A stretch of 64,000 bases of DNA, from the NCBI GenBank assembly GCA_965649825.1, contig OZ287708.1:670780-734779 (forward strand), in the 5' to 3' direction. Position 1 is the stretch's first letter, and each line of letters opens with the position of its first letter. The translations under genes and the position numbers were made by a program. Shown here piece after piece: positions 1-15,450 of this stretch. This DNA is from Penicillus capitatus. Its lineage: Eukaryota; Plantae; Chlorophyta. Under the pieces are notes generated by a model that saw only the letters and a program-made list of their open reading frames with translations, was not told where the DNA came from and searched no databases.

Positions 1-1223
1 TGTTCGCACTTTGTTTGGCAGAGCGAGTGGATAGTTGCGATCTGTCTGGACAATGGTTCTCAGGGGATTGATTCTTTCCACGATGCCGTTGTAGATGAGG
101 GATCCATTGTTGCTGAAGATCTGAACACGATCGCCAGCAACAAACGGTCGAGATAGAAACTATAGAGAGAACATGTGAGATCATCACGTCTACGATGTAT
201 GAATCGGCGGCTTTACGAGATTGATCCCTGCAATCATGTTGGCGAGGACAGATTGTGCACTGAGTCCGACAACGATGCCACTGACCCCTCCAAATGTCAA
301 AAGCGGTCGAATGTCAAATCCTGCCAGTCCAGCAGCGGAGACCACACCCAATCCGACAATTGCCCAGGAGAGGATATCATTCAAAGGAATCACGATACGC
401 TTGTAATCTTGCAACAGAGCTGGAGATCTCTTGGCCCATTGTTCGAGCAGCCACGTGACATACTGGTTCTTAAATGTCACCAGGAACCATATTCTGTCAA
501 GAACATTGAGAGAAATGGCGATCGATCAGGACCTACCCTGCCAGGAGGAACACTTGTTTCAGTACGATGCCGACGAAGTCATCGATCGGTTGCAGAACTT
601 GCAGAGCGAGATCCAGAAACATTTCCAATCGGCGTCCAAGTGTATTGCGTGTGCATGTTGTGCAGAGACGCATGGTCTCATTCAATCGACAAGTGAGGAC
701 GCGAACGCAGTGGAAGATCGCAGAGAGGGGCAAGAAGAATGCCAGAGGTGCCGACAATGCACGCAAGACAGCGCCTGCCACCGTTTTGCTTCGCTTGACG
801 CGACTGTCCGGGGCCAATTCAGACGTCCATGTTGCCTAAAGCATGCCTCTGTGTATGAATTCGAGGAAGAAAGGTCGAGACTTCGGTGTGTTTTCGGGTG
901 AAGACGTGCAGCAATCGGATAGCCACGTACGTCGCGATCGCCGTCGTCACAATTTCGGCTGCTGCCGCTGTGAGAGGTGACCAGACTGGCGTGGACACTT
1001 CGAAGACGAGAGGGATTTGCGCATACTGATCTTCCAAAGCGACGCGCACAAGTGGTCGAACGGCAGGTCGATGGGAAAGAGAAGGACGCCATGAACAGAG
1101 CCGTGCAAAAACAGGCGACCCCTCAATACAACGCTTCTCTGGCCTGCGCTGCCATTCATGCGCGTTTGGGCGTTGCACTGAAGGCAGTCTTTGGAGAGAG
1201 AGCTGCAGGCGCACGAAACGCAT
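1..1223 (-). CDS. MscS-like (MSL) mechanosensitive channel, organelle-targeted, 3'-partial, multi-exon
   Basis: Spliced exons give GGVSGIVVGLSAQSVLANMIAGINL | FLSRPFVAGDRVQI...GIVERINPLRTIVQTD...LALPNK, the MscS TM3/beta-domain signature. GT-AG intron 160-216. R/S/P-rich N-terminus from ATG 1223. Confidence 0.85.
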
Positions 1224-1268
1224 TATGTTAAAATGGCTGAAGGCGACGACTTTGATCAACACGAACCA

Positions 1269-1938
1269 CTACGACGGGATCTCACTGGTTGGCCACTGCT
1301 GAATGCAGGCACGACGTGGATAGATACAGACAGACCTGCGGGATATGGACCACACACACGAGTGCCACTTCGTCCATCTGTCCTCTGCCCGTCTCGCCAT
1401 GACCACCATCTGCACCTCAGAGTCGAGAACATGAAGCGACGAGCGACAGTTTCGGTGCCTTTGTCTCTGAGACAGACGAATGGCGAGATCTTCTCTTGGT
1501 TGCTTTCCTAGACTGATGGTATGTATTCGCGCACCGTTGACGTACGCGCTGACCGAAATCTCGTCACCGCGTGTCCAGTAGCATTCATCCGAGTGCGCAG
1601 GCAAGGTCAGCATCATCTGCCTGTCATGCATCACGACGTCTTCGGACAACCGAATCCTCTGCCTCTTTCTTCGCACATTTGTCTGTCATGAACGCGTTGG
1701 TGTTGCCAAAATAAGAAAGAATGAACAATAGCATCGTAACTACATGCTATAAACTTGAATCTCTTCATTACGGTATGTTGTTCTTTGATCTCTGCCCAAG
1801 GGAGAACAATATCTCTTTCCTGCAGAACATGTCACATCTGATAGAATTAACGGCAGCACAGATAACAGAGCATCGAACACTCGAAGACGTGGTCTAAACG
1901 AGCGACAGCGGCGAGTCAAGAGCGGTGCAAACAGCCAT
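1269..1938 (-). CDS. hypothetical spliced protein
   Basis: ATG 1938 and two GT-AG introns join in frame to the 135-codon open frame 1269-1676. No family recognised. Confidence 0.35.
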
Positions 1939-1974
1939 TGCTCTGGGTAGCTAACCTTGCTGAACGAATGAACG

Positions 1975-2458
1975 ATGCACCCGAGGTCTCATTTCAGATC
2001 ACCGAAGAATAAAATCCGGTCTCTTCGAGTCGACTTCCGTAAGGCCTCTTATCGCGCAACTGACATACTTAAAACAAAAAATGCCCACGATACCCATTTA
2101 TTGCACCGAAGTCGTTGTGTTTCAGCGATAGTGTTTGTAGAAGCGAGAAACCCCAAAGGTCCTCTAACGAACAATAAGGAAAGGAACCAATCAACCGATG
2201 GTGGAGGTGAACTCCAACATATGACAGTCCACGTATGCTAACAGAACGTATTCCTCTTTGACAGACGACAGCGACCCACAAGATGACAATGTTATACAAA
2301 AAATAAAACAAAACTGCCCGTCCAGATTGATCTTTGATCCAGATACAAAGACACATCGTAAACTAAGAGAAGTCATGCGTGGTTTTCGTAGTAGCCTCAA
2401 GAGAAAGCGAAACTACATGGTTTCGTTGAATGAAATTGGATTTGGTGTCAACGGATAA
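1975..2458 (+). CDS. hypothetical protein (at least 2 exons)
   Basis: ORFs 1975-2241 and 2258-2458 join in frame through a 58-nt GT-AG intron (2207-2264). No family recognised. Confidence 0.35.
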
Positions 2459-2489
2459 CCACTTAGAATCGTCAATGGTCACTGGCTCA

Positions 2490-3383
2490 TCAAGCAAATC
2501 CTGCAAAGAAGAATGTCATGTTAGCCTGAGGTGCAAGGGGAGAGGAGGAGGCAACCTGTGAGAACCATTTTGACAGGACAGCGCTTTCTGTCCTCCAAGG
2601 CGGAAGGCTTTCCTGTTCCTGTTGGAAAGCTTCTTCCATCTGAGCAGCTATTAGAACAATTAACTCCCTAAATGTACTGGCTTCGGCGACAAATGATTCT
2701 GGCAGATGCTCTGCAAAAGCTGCACACTGAGGCTGATCACATCCTGTAATGAATTGATCTCTGAAATGCGTTTGAATAATGATTTCCTCCTGTTCCCCGT
2801 CCCATACACTCGCCAACTCCTTCGGACGAAGGACGACAAGAAACACATGATGGAGTCTGTGCACAGAACGCTCCAAATTGTTATTCACCGTTCTCTTTAT
2901 GACATTAAAGTTATTCTTTAACATCTCTTTGGCTATATCATCCACAGATTTCCCACTCAAGCAATCCGTCAATCTCCTCAACTGTATACACAGACGTCAG
3001 CTGGAAGAAGAGGACGGCAAGGAGTCGTTCGTCACTTCGAGAAGGTATGGATCCGAAGTGCCAAGGAGAGTTTGAATGCTCTGTATATGCGTGATGTCTA
3101 GCTCAACTTCCTCCCTCTGCTGTTCGGTGTTTATTTCGAGGTCGAAAATGAGCTCGTCACCAAGCGCGGCGGAATTCGTTAAAAGAATATCTGAGCTTTC
3201 TGATTCGAAGAGCTCGACATCTTTACCTCTGCCGTCATATCGCGGCTTATGGTACTCTGTCTTAAGTTCTTCAGTTGTTCGGCCACATTTTGTCCACGGA
3301 AACAAAACGAAACGCAATATCTGAAGCATTCGCAAGAACTTCAACAACGACGATGATGACAGCACTGGGTCGATTTGGAGCAT
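2490..3383 (-). CDS. DUF506 (PDDEXK-like) family protein
   Basis: C-terminal exon IIIQTHFRDQF...LPESFVAE...LPPWRTESAVLSKWF matches the DUF506 FR.EF...LP..FVG...PPWR...M.AKW pattern. 54-nt GT-AG intron. Start approximate. Confidence 0.7.
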
Positions 3384-3463
3384 GGAACGAAAAGACGTGA
3401 TGCGACGGCGTCTGTGTAACAGTCGAATCGTACGTGTCTTCTACAGAGGGTCCTCATCCAATC

Positions 3464-3916
3464 ATGGCCCGACGCCCTGTCGAACAGCCCTGGCAACATT
3501 CCGGCACAGCGATGGATCTATCCCTCTATTCCAAGATCGATGACGCTCTCGCAGGAATGGACACTGCGTTTCAGAGCCTTCTGAGTGCGGGACTTGCGCG
3601 TGACGAGGAGGATGAACAGAGTCAGCCTGCTGAGAGCGTCGGTGCTCCCGTTTTTGCGCGAGAAATCGGAACCCACGCCTCGAATGCACTGCAAGCGATT
3701 CACCGTTTAAAACAGACGTCCATTCACAGCGACTGGAAAACAAACAGCGAGAACAAGGAACACATTCGCATTCGGTTGGAATTGGAGCACAAAAGAATGA
3801 GCAATAAGCTGAATCAGATGAGGGACGAATTGAGGGGGTTGGTCTTGGCGACGGAATCGAATCTCGAGGCATGGAGTGTTGAATCGTCAGACGTGAAGGA
3901 TGTGATGAATGCTTGA
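3464..3916 (+). CDS. MED22: Mediator subunit 22-like
   Basis: Single exon. LYSKIDDALAGMDTAFQSLL...ASNALQAIHRLKQTSIHSDW followed by a coiled coil resembles Med22/Surf5. Confidence 0.6.
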   Translation: MARRPVEQPWQHSGTAMDLSLYSKIDDALAGMDTAFQSLLSAGLARDEEDEQSQPAESVGAPVFAREIGTHASNALQAIHRLKQTSIHSDWKTNSENKEHIRIRLELEHKRMSNKLNQMRDELRGLVLATESNLEAWSVESSDVKDVMNA

Positions 3917-3923
3917 TGCGGTC

Positions 3924-6900
3924 ATGTGGCTCGATGGCGCGCACACACTCGCGTCCTACGCTCGACCATGTATCGTCCCGATAGTGCGACCACGACGGGT
4001 TGTGGGACTGAGAAGACCGCGTTCGATGGCCGTTCGTCACAGAGGCGACAGAATTCGGCAGGTGGACGGAGTAGAAGCGTGCTCGCTTTTGAAGGCGCAG
4101 TAGGTATGGATCCCGTTTGCGAGTGGAGAAGGGGTAGAGATGGACGAGGAAGCGTTAGCTATTCGACGGAAAGAAACGTCGTCGTCGTCAGCAAATGCAG
4201 CCGGGCCGAGATTGGGATTTCGTCGATGGGTGAATCGCATTCTCGGCGAGCCGTTGTCGTCTGCCTTCGATGTGCCCGATCATTGGAAAGCACAAATGTC
4301 CAAAGGAGATCTGTCCCGACTCGAAAAGTGCGCGCCAGTCATGACAAAGACAACGTGTCGTCGACGGAATTGGAGGAGCCAGGTACTATGATCGCGTTGC
4401 AAAGATCAATTCTCTGGAATCCGATTACCAAAAGATGACCGACACTGAGCTCCAGTCCATGACAGGTGCAGAGCTATATTGACTTCATCGTTTGTGTATG
4501 CACACACGCGTGGTGTTAAGCAGATCAATTTCGGAAACGGTTGGAAGAGGGAGAATCGATGGAATCTGTGATGATCGAAGCCTTCGCCGTCGTACGAGAA
4601 GTGGCAGACCGTGTTCTGAACATGCGGCATTACGATTGTCAATTGGTCTCTACTCCACACAAAGTTTGATGCAAGGGTGACCCGGGTCGCCTCAATTAGG
4701 TGGGCGGCATGATTTTGCATGAGGGGCTGATTGCAGAGATGGCGACAGGAGAGGGTAAGACACTTGTTGCCACACTGCCCGTATATCTGAACGCCTGCGC
4801 TGGGAAGACCGTGCACATCATCACCGTCAATGAGTACCTTGCAGAAAGAGATGCCAAATGGTCTGTCTGTTTGTCTGTCCTACCAAAGTCGGTTCGGTCG
4901 AAGAGAGAGGTTTAGGATGGGCCGCATTTATGGATTTCTCGGAATGACCACCACTTCTATCAAGACTTCAATGTCCGTACGCGAACTGCAAGATGCTTAC
5001 AAGCATCAAATCATCTATGTAACGGCTCAGAAACTCTGCTTCGACTACTTGCATGACTGGAGTGCCATGTCCACGAATGAAATGGTCTCGAAGAATGCTA
5101 TCAACAGAGGCGTCCATTCTCCTGACTCTTGTATTTCGGCGTAGGTGTTAAGCCCTCTGGACTACGGCATTGTGGATGAAGTGGATTCCATTTTGATCGA
5201 TGAATCGCGGACGCCAATGATTCTCAGTTCTCCAGGGTACCAAGACACCCACAGGATCAAGACGAGTGCACAGGTATGTCATCTGCCAAACAGATACGAT
5301 ACGCATGACAAAGCCACGAACTCTGTGTTACTGTTTAGGTGTTCTATAACTTGATGGAGGTCGAGAGATATGAATTGCTCAATCGCTTTGCAAATCAAGT
5401 GGAGTCGCTGGAGTTGCTGTCCAAACGGATACCCAAGAAGATTCCGATAGCAGATATCGACACTGTCCGTAGCGCCATCGTTCTGTTGATGCGCATCATG
5501 GATGAAACAGAGTGAGAAGCTTGTATGGAAGAGGAGATGAGGGCATGTGTGTTTCAGATTTCTGCAGGAGAGATGGGCGACAGTCTACTTTCGTGAGGAT
5601 CTAGAGTATCTCAGTGATGTGCGGATTCTGCGAACTGCCGATAACTACAGAAGCGCGCTGTATCATCTGGCGTCGGTCTTTTCGTGGGCCAAAACTCGCC
5701 TGCTCTATACCATCGACGCTCGGGGACAACGCGTGACGGTGTCGGCATTTGGAGCAAATCTCTTCAAAGATCGACTCGGTAGAGAGAACTCTTGTCTTCT
5801 TCGTTGCTCAAATCGTTGACAGAGGCGCTCGGCGAAAAAGTCGAGGGATCGAGTGGCGTTGCGTTGTGGGAAGTTCAATCCGAAGAGGATCCTTGGGGTC
5901 CATACCTTGTGAATGCCATCAAAGTGAGCAAGGAATGCTACCGAATGAACATTCTATGTGCGAGTCTGTTCTCGAAGGCGAACGAGTTCTTCACACTGGG
6001 CAAGAATTATATCGTGGTAGATGGGAAGGTGACGATCATCGATGAGTCGACAGGAAGAATGCGACTGAATTCTCGATGGCAAAACGGTCTGCACGAGGCC
6101 GTCGAAGCCAAAGAACGTATTTATCAAGAGAACAAGAAACAGAGAGAAGGCGTCGATTTGGAGACACTCATCAAAATAAGCGAACAGGACAGATTATTGG
6201 CCAGCATTACTTTCCAAGTCTTCTTCAAATACTATGCGAAACTTGCAGGAATGTCGGTCAGTGAACAGCACTTGACAGACAGAAGTCATCATGACAGATG
6301 GTTCTGCAGGGAACGGCATTGAGTGAAGAGGCTGAGTTCTATGAGACATATGGGCTATCGGTAGACACAACACTGCCTTCATCTCTGGGGTTTATAAGTG
6401 GTTGTGGTGTCTAGGTCGTGCAGATACCGACCCATCGGCCTTCACAGAGAAAAGATCGCCCTTCTATACTTTTTCAGCAATCAAATGACAAACTCAACTA
6501 TCTACTCGCTGCTCTTGCGAAGTGCGGTGGTGTCCGGTAAACAGTGCGCACAGCTCTGGTGACGTCTGAGTGTGTTTGTGCGTTCAGTCCTGTCTTGATC
6601 GGAACGAATTCTGTTGAAGAATCGGAGGCCTTGATGTCGTCACTCAAGATGAACTGGGTGAATTATGAAAATGAAATCATTTGGGATGGAGAAAACCGAT
6701 TTCATCAAGGGTAGAGATCACGGCGTCCTGTGAATGACATGCCATTAAAGAGCAGCTTGTAGGAAGCTGCTCATGTTGAATGCTCGACCAGAGGTGGTGA
6801 AAAACGAGAGTCGCGTCATTGCCCAAGCTGGCTTGCCAGGAATGGTGACAGTCGCCACTCGTATGGCCGGAAGAGGAACAGACATATTACTAGGAGGCAA

Positions 6901-9396
6901 TCCCAGAGGTCTCGTTGAGAATGCCCTGTTCAAAGGCGTTTTGGATCACTTACTGCCAGATTCGAACCAAACTACCACCAAACTGGCCATTCGTGAACTC
7001 GATTTGCATGCCGAAGATTCGGCCATTGCGTCGCCCACAATCAAAGGACTCATGACGGCAGCCTTGAGCAGAGGACAGGCATCAGAGGAATTGCTCGAAA
7101 CGGCAGAAGATGCAGAGAAGCTCATGAACCATGTGATGACCGTGACAGAGAGCCTGAAGAGAGATGTTCACGACAGAGTGCAGGAGTGGGTGCGTTTTCT
7201 CACAAGATCATTTGTGGAGGTGATATTCACAGGACAACTGAGCCGACAACAGACACAGCGCACATCGTCCAACCAGATTTTGAAACGACAGTTCGAAGGC
7301 ACATCGTCGAGGTTCTGTGCGACAGAGAAGACGAACTGGAGAAGGTATGTGTTCGACGATCACCTACCTGCCAAAACCTGAGAGACATCAGCAGGAATCC
7401 CCGTTTGCTCAATCGCTCATCAAGTGTGCTCTCTACGTATGGCTCTGGTTCGAACAGCGATGTCAGATCTATGCCGGACAAGTAAGAACAATTGCTTTGT
7501 CGTCTTTGCGGACGGATGGGTGTTTGTGTGAAGGTTCGTGCATCTGGTGGTCTATTCGTCATCGGCATGTCTGTGGCGGAATCTAGACGCATCGAAAATC
7601 AACTACGTGTACAATGCATCCTGTTTCTGCTGAAGGACTTGCATCTGTGGTTTAGGGAAGAGCAGGTCGTCAAGGAGATCCAGGAGAGAGTCTCATGCTG
7701 GCGGATGTTTCGGATAATATGTTCCGAACATGGAACCTTGGACGTGCGCCATTTACCTCTTCTGGATTTGAATCGACACGTTTTGCTTTTAGCGATTCGT
7801 CTCGTACTGGATGACGCATCAAACAGCAATTTCGTGAAGATTGAAGGCGGCATTGCACAGATCGTCATCAACAACACACGCAATCAACTGGAAGATGTTT
7901 ACCGAAACGGCCGTCGATCGGTATGTCTATGGCGTGGATGACAATCGAGTCACTTGTTTGGCAAAAAGGTGGCAGACTATGATGAGGTCATGGAAGGAAT
8001 CCGCAAACAATTCCGTTTTCTAAAGCAGATCATCAGCGGAGGAACGAATGAGGAGAGAACGCAACTGATTTACGCATGGATCCAGGTGGGCCACTCTTCG
8101 GTCCTTTGCTCTTAATGGGAGATTCGTGGAGCCCAGGAGATTGCCAATGACCTTGTCCTAAAGTATACAGATGGCGGCGACAAGCACCCTAAGACATGGA
8201 ATCTGTGGCAGTCTGATGACGGCGGCGCATCTGAGAGTGCTGAGACAGAAATGGGCAACTCATTGGAAGAGGTCATCGATAAACTGTATAATCCAAAAGA
8301 CCGAACATCCCTCTTTCCTTTCCAAAACGTCCGAAAACAACAATACCCATCTCTTGCAGAGGTCACATCACATAATGCAGATGGCTTGATAATAATATGG
8401 ACGGTGCAATCAGGTGGCAAAGGAAGGCCTGAAAGGCGAGAAGGAGCTTCGGAAAACGCTGAATACCATCTGCAGATTGCCATTTGTGCGCGTGGTGCCA
8501 TTCACATCTGTCATGAAGCACGATATTTCGACAGCACTGCAATCATGTATCGGATTCCGTGATCATCCATCGGAAGCTTTTTGTGTGTCCTCTTTAGTGT
8601 CAAAGCCAAAGGCAAGTGCAGCACAACACTTCTTGATGGGACGCCTTAAAATGACGCTCGAGATTCGTCACGGTTTGGCACTTCGCAAGAGACTCATTCA
8701 GTCGGACAATTCATCGACGGAGGACAAAACTTATGGCAAATATACGCGTCAGGTGAAACCCTCTACCTATGGACACCTTCCCAAATAATCTCCCTACTGT
8801 TCCAGGTCCAGATGCTGCAAGAGTACGTCGGCGAGTTGATGATCATGCTGTACGAAGAGCGGAAGTTCCAGCTCATCACAGACTTCGCCAGAGAGGATGG
8901 CTTCAGCAGACAAAGTGCCGTGAATCGACTCCAGTCCATTCAACGCATCACCATGCTACTTCAATTGAACAATCTCTGGACCAATTTCCTGCAGGTACAC
9001 ATAACAGTCCAGATGTGAAGACGCCCTGTCCTTCTACCGTCTCTGTCTTAGTTTTCTGACAAGCTGAAAACGACAACGCCTTTGACGTCTGTGCGAAGCT
9101 CGCCTCTCGAAGAGTTTGCTGTCGAGGCGCGTAAAGAATTTACATCACAGTTGATGCACTATCGGCGTGCAGTTGTGATTGCTATGGTGACACCGTCGAT
9201 CGATATCACCTCGGATAAAGATCTGAATCTCTGGATCGATCTAATGCAGTCCGTGGAGCAGCAGCTCATTGAATCGGCTGCCCCAGATTCGCCTGAGCCC
9301 GTTTTGAATGACATACGCAATCTTCTTTTGAATGATGCATCGACAGAGCAGATGGAATCTGAACATCCACCCCACGAAACACCATCCGGATATTGA
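3924..9396 (+). CDS. SECA2: plastid preprotein translocase SecA (SECA2-like), about 25 exons
   Basis: MATGEGKT Walker [59 protein letters not shown] and [10 protein letters not shown] are all recovered through GT-AG introns. Transit-like N-terminus. SECA2 versus SECA1 and the start codon are less certain. Confidence 0.9.
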
Positions 9397-9420
9397 TTTT
9401 GAATAATATCAAACGTCGTG

Positions 9421-11496
<2,076 letters not shown>

Positions 11497-11573
11497 CCAT
11501 CGTTGTTTGGCACAATTGCTTTGTTAAGAACCTACCAAGCGTCTGTTTGTTCGCCATCCTAACAGCATAGCAT

Positions 11574-14240
11574 TCAATGTTGAACATTTGGCGTCCTTGG
11601 CAGCTGTCTCCTTGCAGAAAAGGCCTGGAGGTAGTCATCATGCATCTCTGTTTGACGCCCTGAAAAGCATCGTCTTTGTGATGAAGCAGCATTGGTGCCT
11701 TTTTTGGAAAAGTCTATCGGAATCTTGTACTTCCTAGAGCAGCTGCGGATCCGCATGCCAGAATTTAAGCTGCAGACAGAATGACCTTCTCGCAGGATAG
11801 TTAGCAGAGTAACTTCGTTGTTGCATCGGCCGATAGGCACAGGATTTTGAATCTTTCCGTTTCTGACAAGACCCTGAACTCGAACTCACGTCCATCATCC
11901 GCTCGGCGTTCTGAAGCTTGCTGTCCACAGGACTTCGTGCATTTTGGGAGGTCTGCCTTCTGAAGTCACCCATTAAATGCGAACCAGCTGTCTGTCCGTA
12001 TCCCTTCTCCGATACTGTTTCTTGCCTATTTTCATGGCTATTCTGCCGGATTTTCTTATCCCCTGCATGCTCAGGGAAGCACCGCGTTGAATCCTCAAGA
12101 AAAACGGCATTCTATCAGTGGAAGACCGTAGGATGGTCTTTGTTTACTGTGGACGATTCTCGGTAAGCGTCAGTCTGAGGACTTTTGTCGCCGTCGTCAC
12201 CCACAGAGCAGCATAGTAATCTCTCACACGCACCATTCTTTACAAAGAAAGGCACATGCATCAGCGCTTCCACCAGCTCTTCTGCCTGCTTCTGAACCTA
12301 TTATCATGCATACATCCTTTCAAATTCTTGAAGCCAGTGCGCAAAGAGTAGAGGTTTGTACTTCGAGCCTCTTATCTGCGAAGAGTGTCTCGCAATGCTG
12401 CAGAAGGGAAGCCGAATGTTCTTCCCATACAGGGTCCTCTTCGAAGTGTAGGGAAAAGGCATTCAGTAGGGCAATGCCTTCCTGTTGTCTTTGTATGGAC
12501 GGCAAGGCATCCAGGAGCCATGCCAATATTCCAATTCGCTGCATCGATGCAGCACAGGAGGTGTTCTGAATCAAGTTGGCAAGGCAGATCATGGTCATCC
12601 GTTGGATCCTATCTCTGATCTCACTGTCCTCAGGAGTGGACTCCGAAGAGCGACAGTCAAAAGCCGTCGTCAGCGCCGCAAACAGTATTTCAGTAACATT
12701 CTGGCAACCTGCAAGATACTGGCAGCCATTCTGTTCTGAAGACAAAACCTGAAGAAATTCAAACAGCTCCAGCGTTACAGGAATAGCGCTTCTTGAGAGC
12801 AAAGCCTGTAGCAGACATATGCCACACGTATCACAATGGCAAGAGGTATCACCTCGACAAGAGTCGGATCCTGTTGAACATCGAGCAGATCGCCGTAGAC
12901 AAAGGACTGGATGTGATTCGATCTCATCTCTGATCCTTGCGCCGTTGCGATTTGATCGCGCAACTGACGAAGCAATTGACAGACACTATCGTCTTTGTCC
13001 TTCTGCATGAATGCTGTTGGACGTCAGCGCTTCCTATTGAGCGATCATCGACCTTCAGCGATTCTTGGATCGCAGCGATGTCGTCCTTTCCGGATGGAGA
13101 TGCTGAGAGAACCTCTGGGTTGTGGTTGTTCCAGTCGATGTTGTCTTCAATCATCATGACATCTGAACACCCAAGGCTTTCGGGCACATCTTTTAGCTCT
13201 CCTTCCTGATGCATAACACAGCCCGCATGCTGGTGGTAAAAATCACGGAGACCCATCCTGTGCAGGAAAACGGAGAAGAGTATACCAACCACATCGTGAT
13301 TATGTATATACCTATTCTGATGCACCTCGGGAATATCGATGGCTTTTTGGTCTTCACTGCATGACCCACTTTTAAGCTGTTCGGCAGAAGCAGTCAAGCA
13401 AGTGGAAGTATGGTGATCTGGCTGCTCTTCGTTAGAGAGGCTTTTGTGCTGTGGCGCTTCTTCGTCGGATCTTCCGCACTGCGCTCGGTATAGAGTACAA
13501 AGTGTTGGACAAGTTTCTTCTGTTGGAAGCTTTTCCAAGAAGCTTTCGAGGCGATCCATCAATTGATCCCTCCACTCTTCAGTAAACAGATGGCGAAAAG
13601 TTGGATGTTTCTTCAGATCTGAGACATAGGGCAAGGCAAAGTAAGGCAGCAAGTCGGGCTGCTCCGTAAGCTTCGCTGCCTGATCTCCCATCCACTTTCT
13701 TAGGTCACGCATCATAGACTGCCGTTTCGTTTCCTGCAACGCGCCACGATCCACTGCCCAATATACCCGCAGCCAAAACTCCATCTACCACCACACACAT
13801 CACCTCTTTGTTCGCGATCTCTGTGCGGCCTTACTTTTAGTCCCTCCCCATCTCTCCTCTGAAACAGAGGGATGTGTTTTCGCCACATCTTCCAAAACGC
13901 CTCTGGCTCGCCATCCACAACGAAAGAAACCTATGTGTCGTCGTGTCAGTGATATGCATGTCGTGGACGTATCCCATTCACCAAGAGTTCTTTGATGAGA
14001 TTCTTGTCGTCGCTCGAATCGATGGGCTGACGACATGGCAGTTCTGTTTGCGACCGTTCGAGCCGCTCCGATGCGAAAATCTGTCACGGGCGTTGTCACG
14101 CCACCGTCAACGTCATGCATCATCGCGATGGCATGGACGGCAACCTTTGACGTTTCGTCAAATCCATAGAAATCGAAGAACTCCGCGATCCACGTAGATA
14201 CCCCGTCGACTGTCGCGTTCCACGATTCTTGGCCCTCCAT
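11574..14240 (-). CDS. ARMC9: LisH/armadillo ciliary protein ARMC9-like
   Basis: IAEFFDFYGFDET (LisH), AFWKMWRKHIP..MEFWLRVYWAV, LLPYFALPYV.D.KKHPTFRHLFTEEW, and C-terminal QAFSARRQLPRTP. Confidence 0.8.
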
Positions 14241-14527
14241 TCGCCTACGATGGCGCTTTAATGATAGAGAATGAAACACATGGACGACATATCACAGAAC
14301 CACCATCAGCATTCGTTTCACATGCACTTCACTATGAACTGAGGTCGTAACAATATAGTTGATACGCACAAACGCACACGTCCTCTTCATCACCATCATC
14401 TCCTCAACGATACTGACTCTCTCGTCCTGAAGAGACATAGAGAAGAGGGTGAGACTGGGTACCAGGTTTTCTGTGTGAATGGCACGATCATGAACAAATG
14501 GATCAGAAAGCGGAGGACGTATCGGGT

Positions 14528-15183
14528 TTAGCGTATGTGTTTATTACTGTTCTCGCCATTTCTGAGTGTATCTCTGGCTTGGGTAATAAGGGATTCGACA
14601 CGGATCGTCATTGGCACAAACTCTAGTACAACACACCTGTCACATCAAAAAGCAAGGTCATGCCTCGCTCACCGTGCAGAAACTCGAGTCTCGTTTGCGA
14701 ATGAATACTCTTTGCTGCAGACACAACACATTTCTCTACACATCTGTTATGTAAAATGGAGAATCTTGCCGAGTTGATGATAGCCCATGGTGTTCGGTTC
14801 TTCAAAAGGTCCATTCTCGCAAGCCAGTTGCGTCAATTTCCCGACAAAGAGCTCCTGTTCGAGCCATATCTTCAAGAAAGAGACAACGGGGTCGGACGGC
14901 ATACCGTTGCGACGGTCATAAGAGTGACGGCCTCTTCGGCAAAACGTCCATCGCGATGTTCTTTCATGATCTTTCGCACTCGGGCTATCGGAAGGGGCTG
15001 TTCAACAGAGATGTTAGCATTCGACAACGGTGGCTTTGATGGGGAGACGCGTTTGGGTGTCGGTGGCTCAGCTGGTTCCGCCTCGGTCGTCGGTGGAGAG
15101 TGGGGAGCGTAAACAACGTCGACTGATGTCGTCCCTTCCGCAGATTCCCGGTTCTCCGGCATCTCGCTTGGTGGACGTTCCAT
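14528..15183 (-). CDS. histone-fold protein (NF-YC/DPB3-POLE4/CHRAC-like)
   Basis: LPIARVRKIMK...FAEEAVTLMTVAT|ELFVGKL histone-fold helices across a GT-AG intron. Confidence 0.75.
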
Positions 15184-15450
15184 TCTGATGCATTTAGGAA
15201 GTGATCATGCACAGCGCAGTTAAGACGCGGAATATTACGGCGCTGTTTAGAGGGTGGCGTTCTTTGTTGAAACGACGCGCCGCTGTGGAATTGGTGGAGG
15301 TGCATCCAACCGCGGCGTCAGATCTTGTGCAGTTTCGCCTTCTATCGCGAGTACGCGAGTAGCGCAGTCACGGTGTAACGTGATCGCGTGCGAACGACGT
15401 GTCTTTCCAGACAGGTCGTCTGCCATGCACGACATAGCTGGAAGAATGGG

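Noticed and set aside
9397-9420. Spliced-leader trans-splicing as the explanation for tiny intergenic gaps
   Set aside because: No pyrimidine-tract/AG acceptor lies just upstream of the CDC48B or p23 ATGs. Not supported by the sequence, although only RNA data could exclude it.
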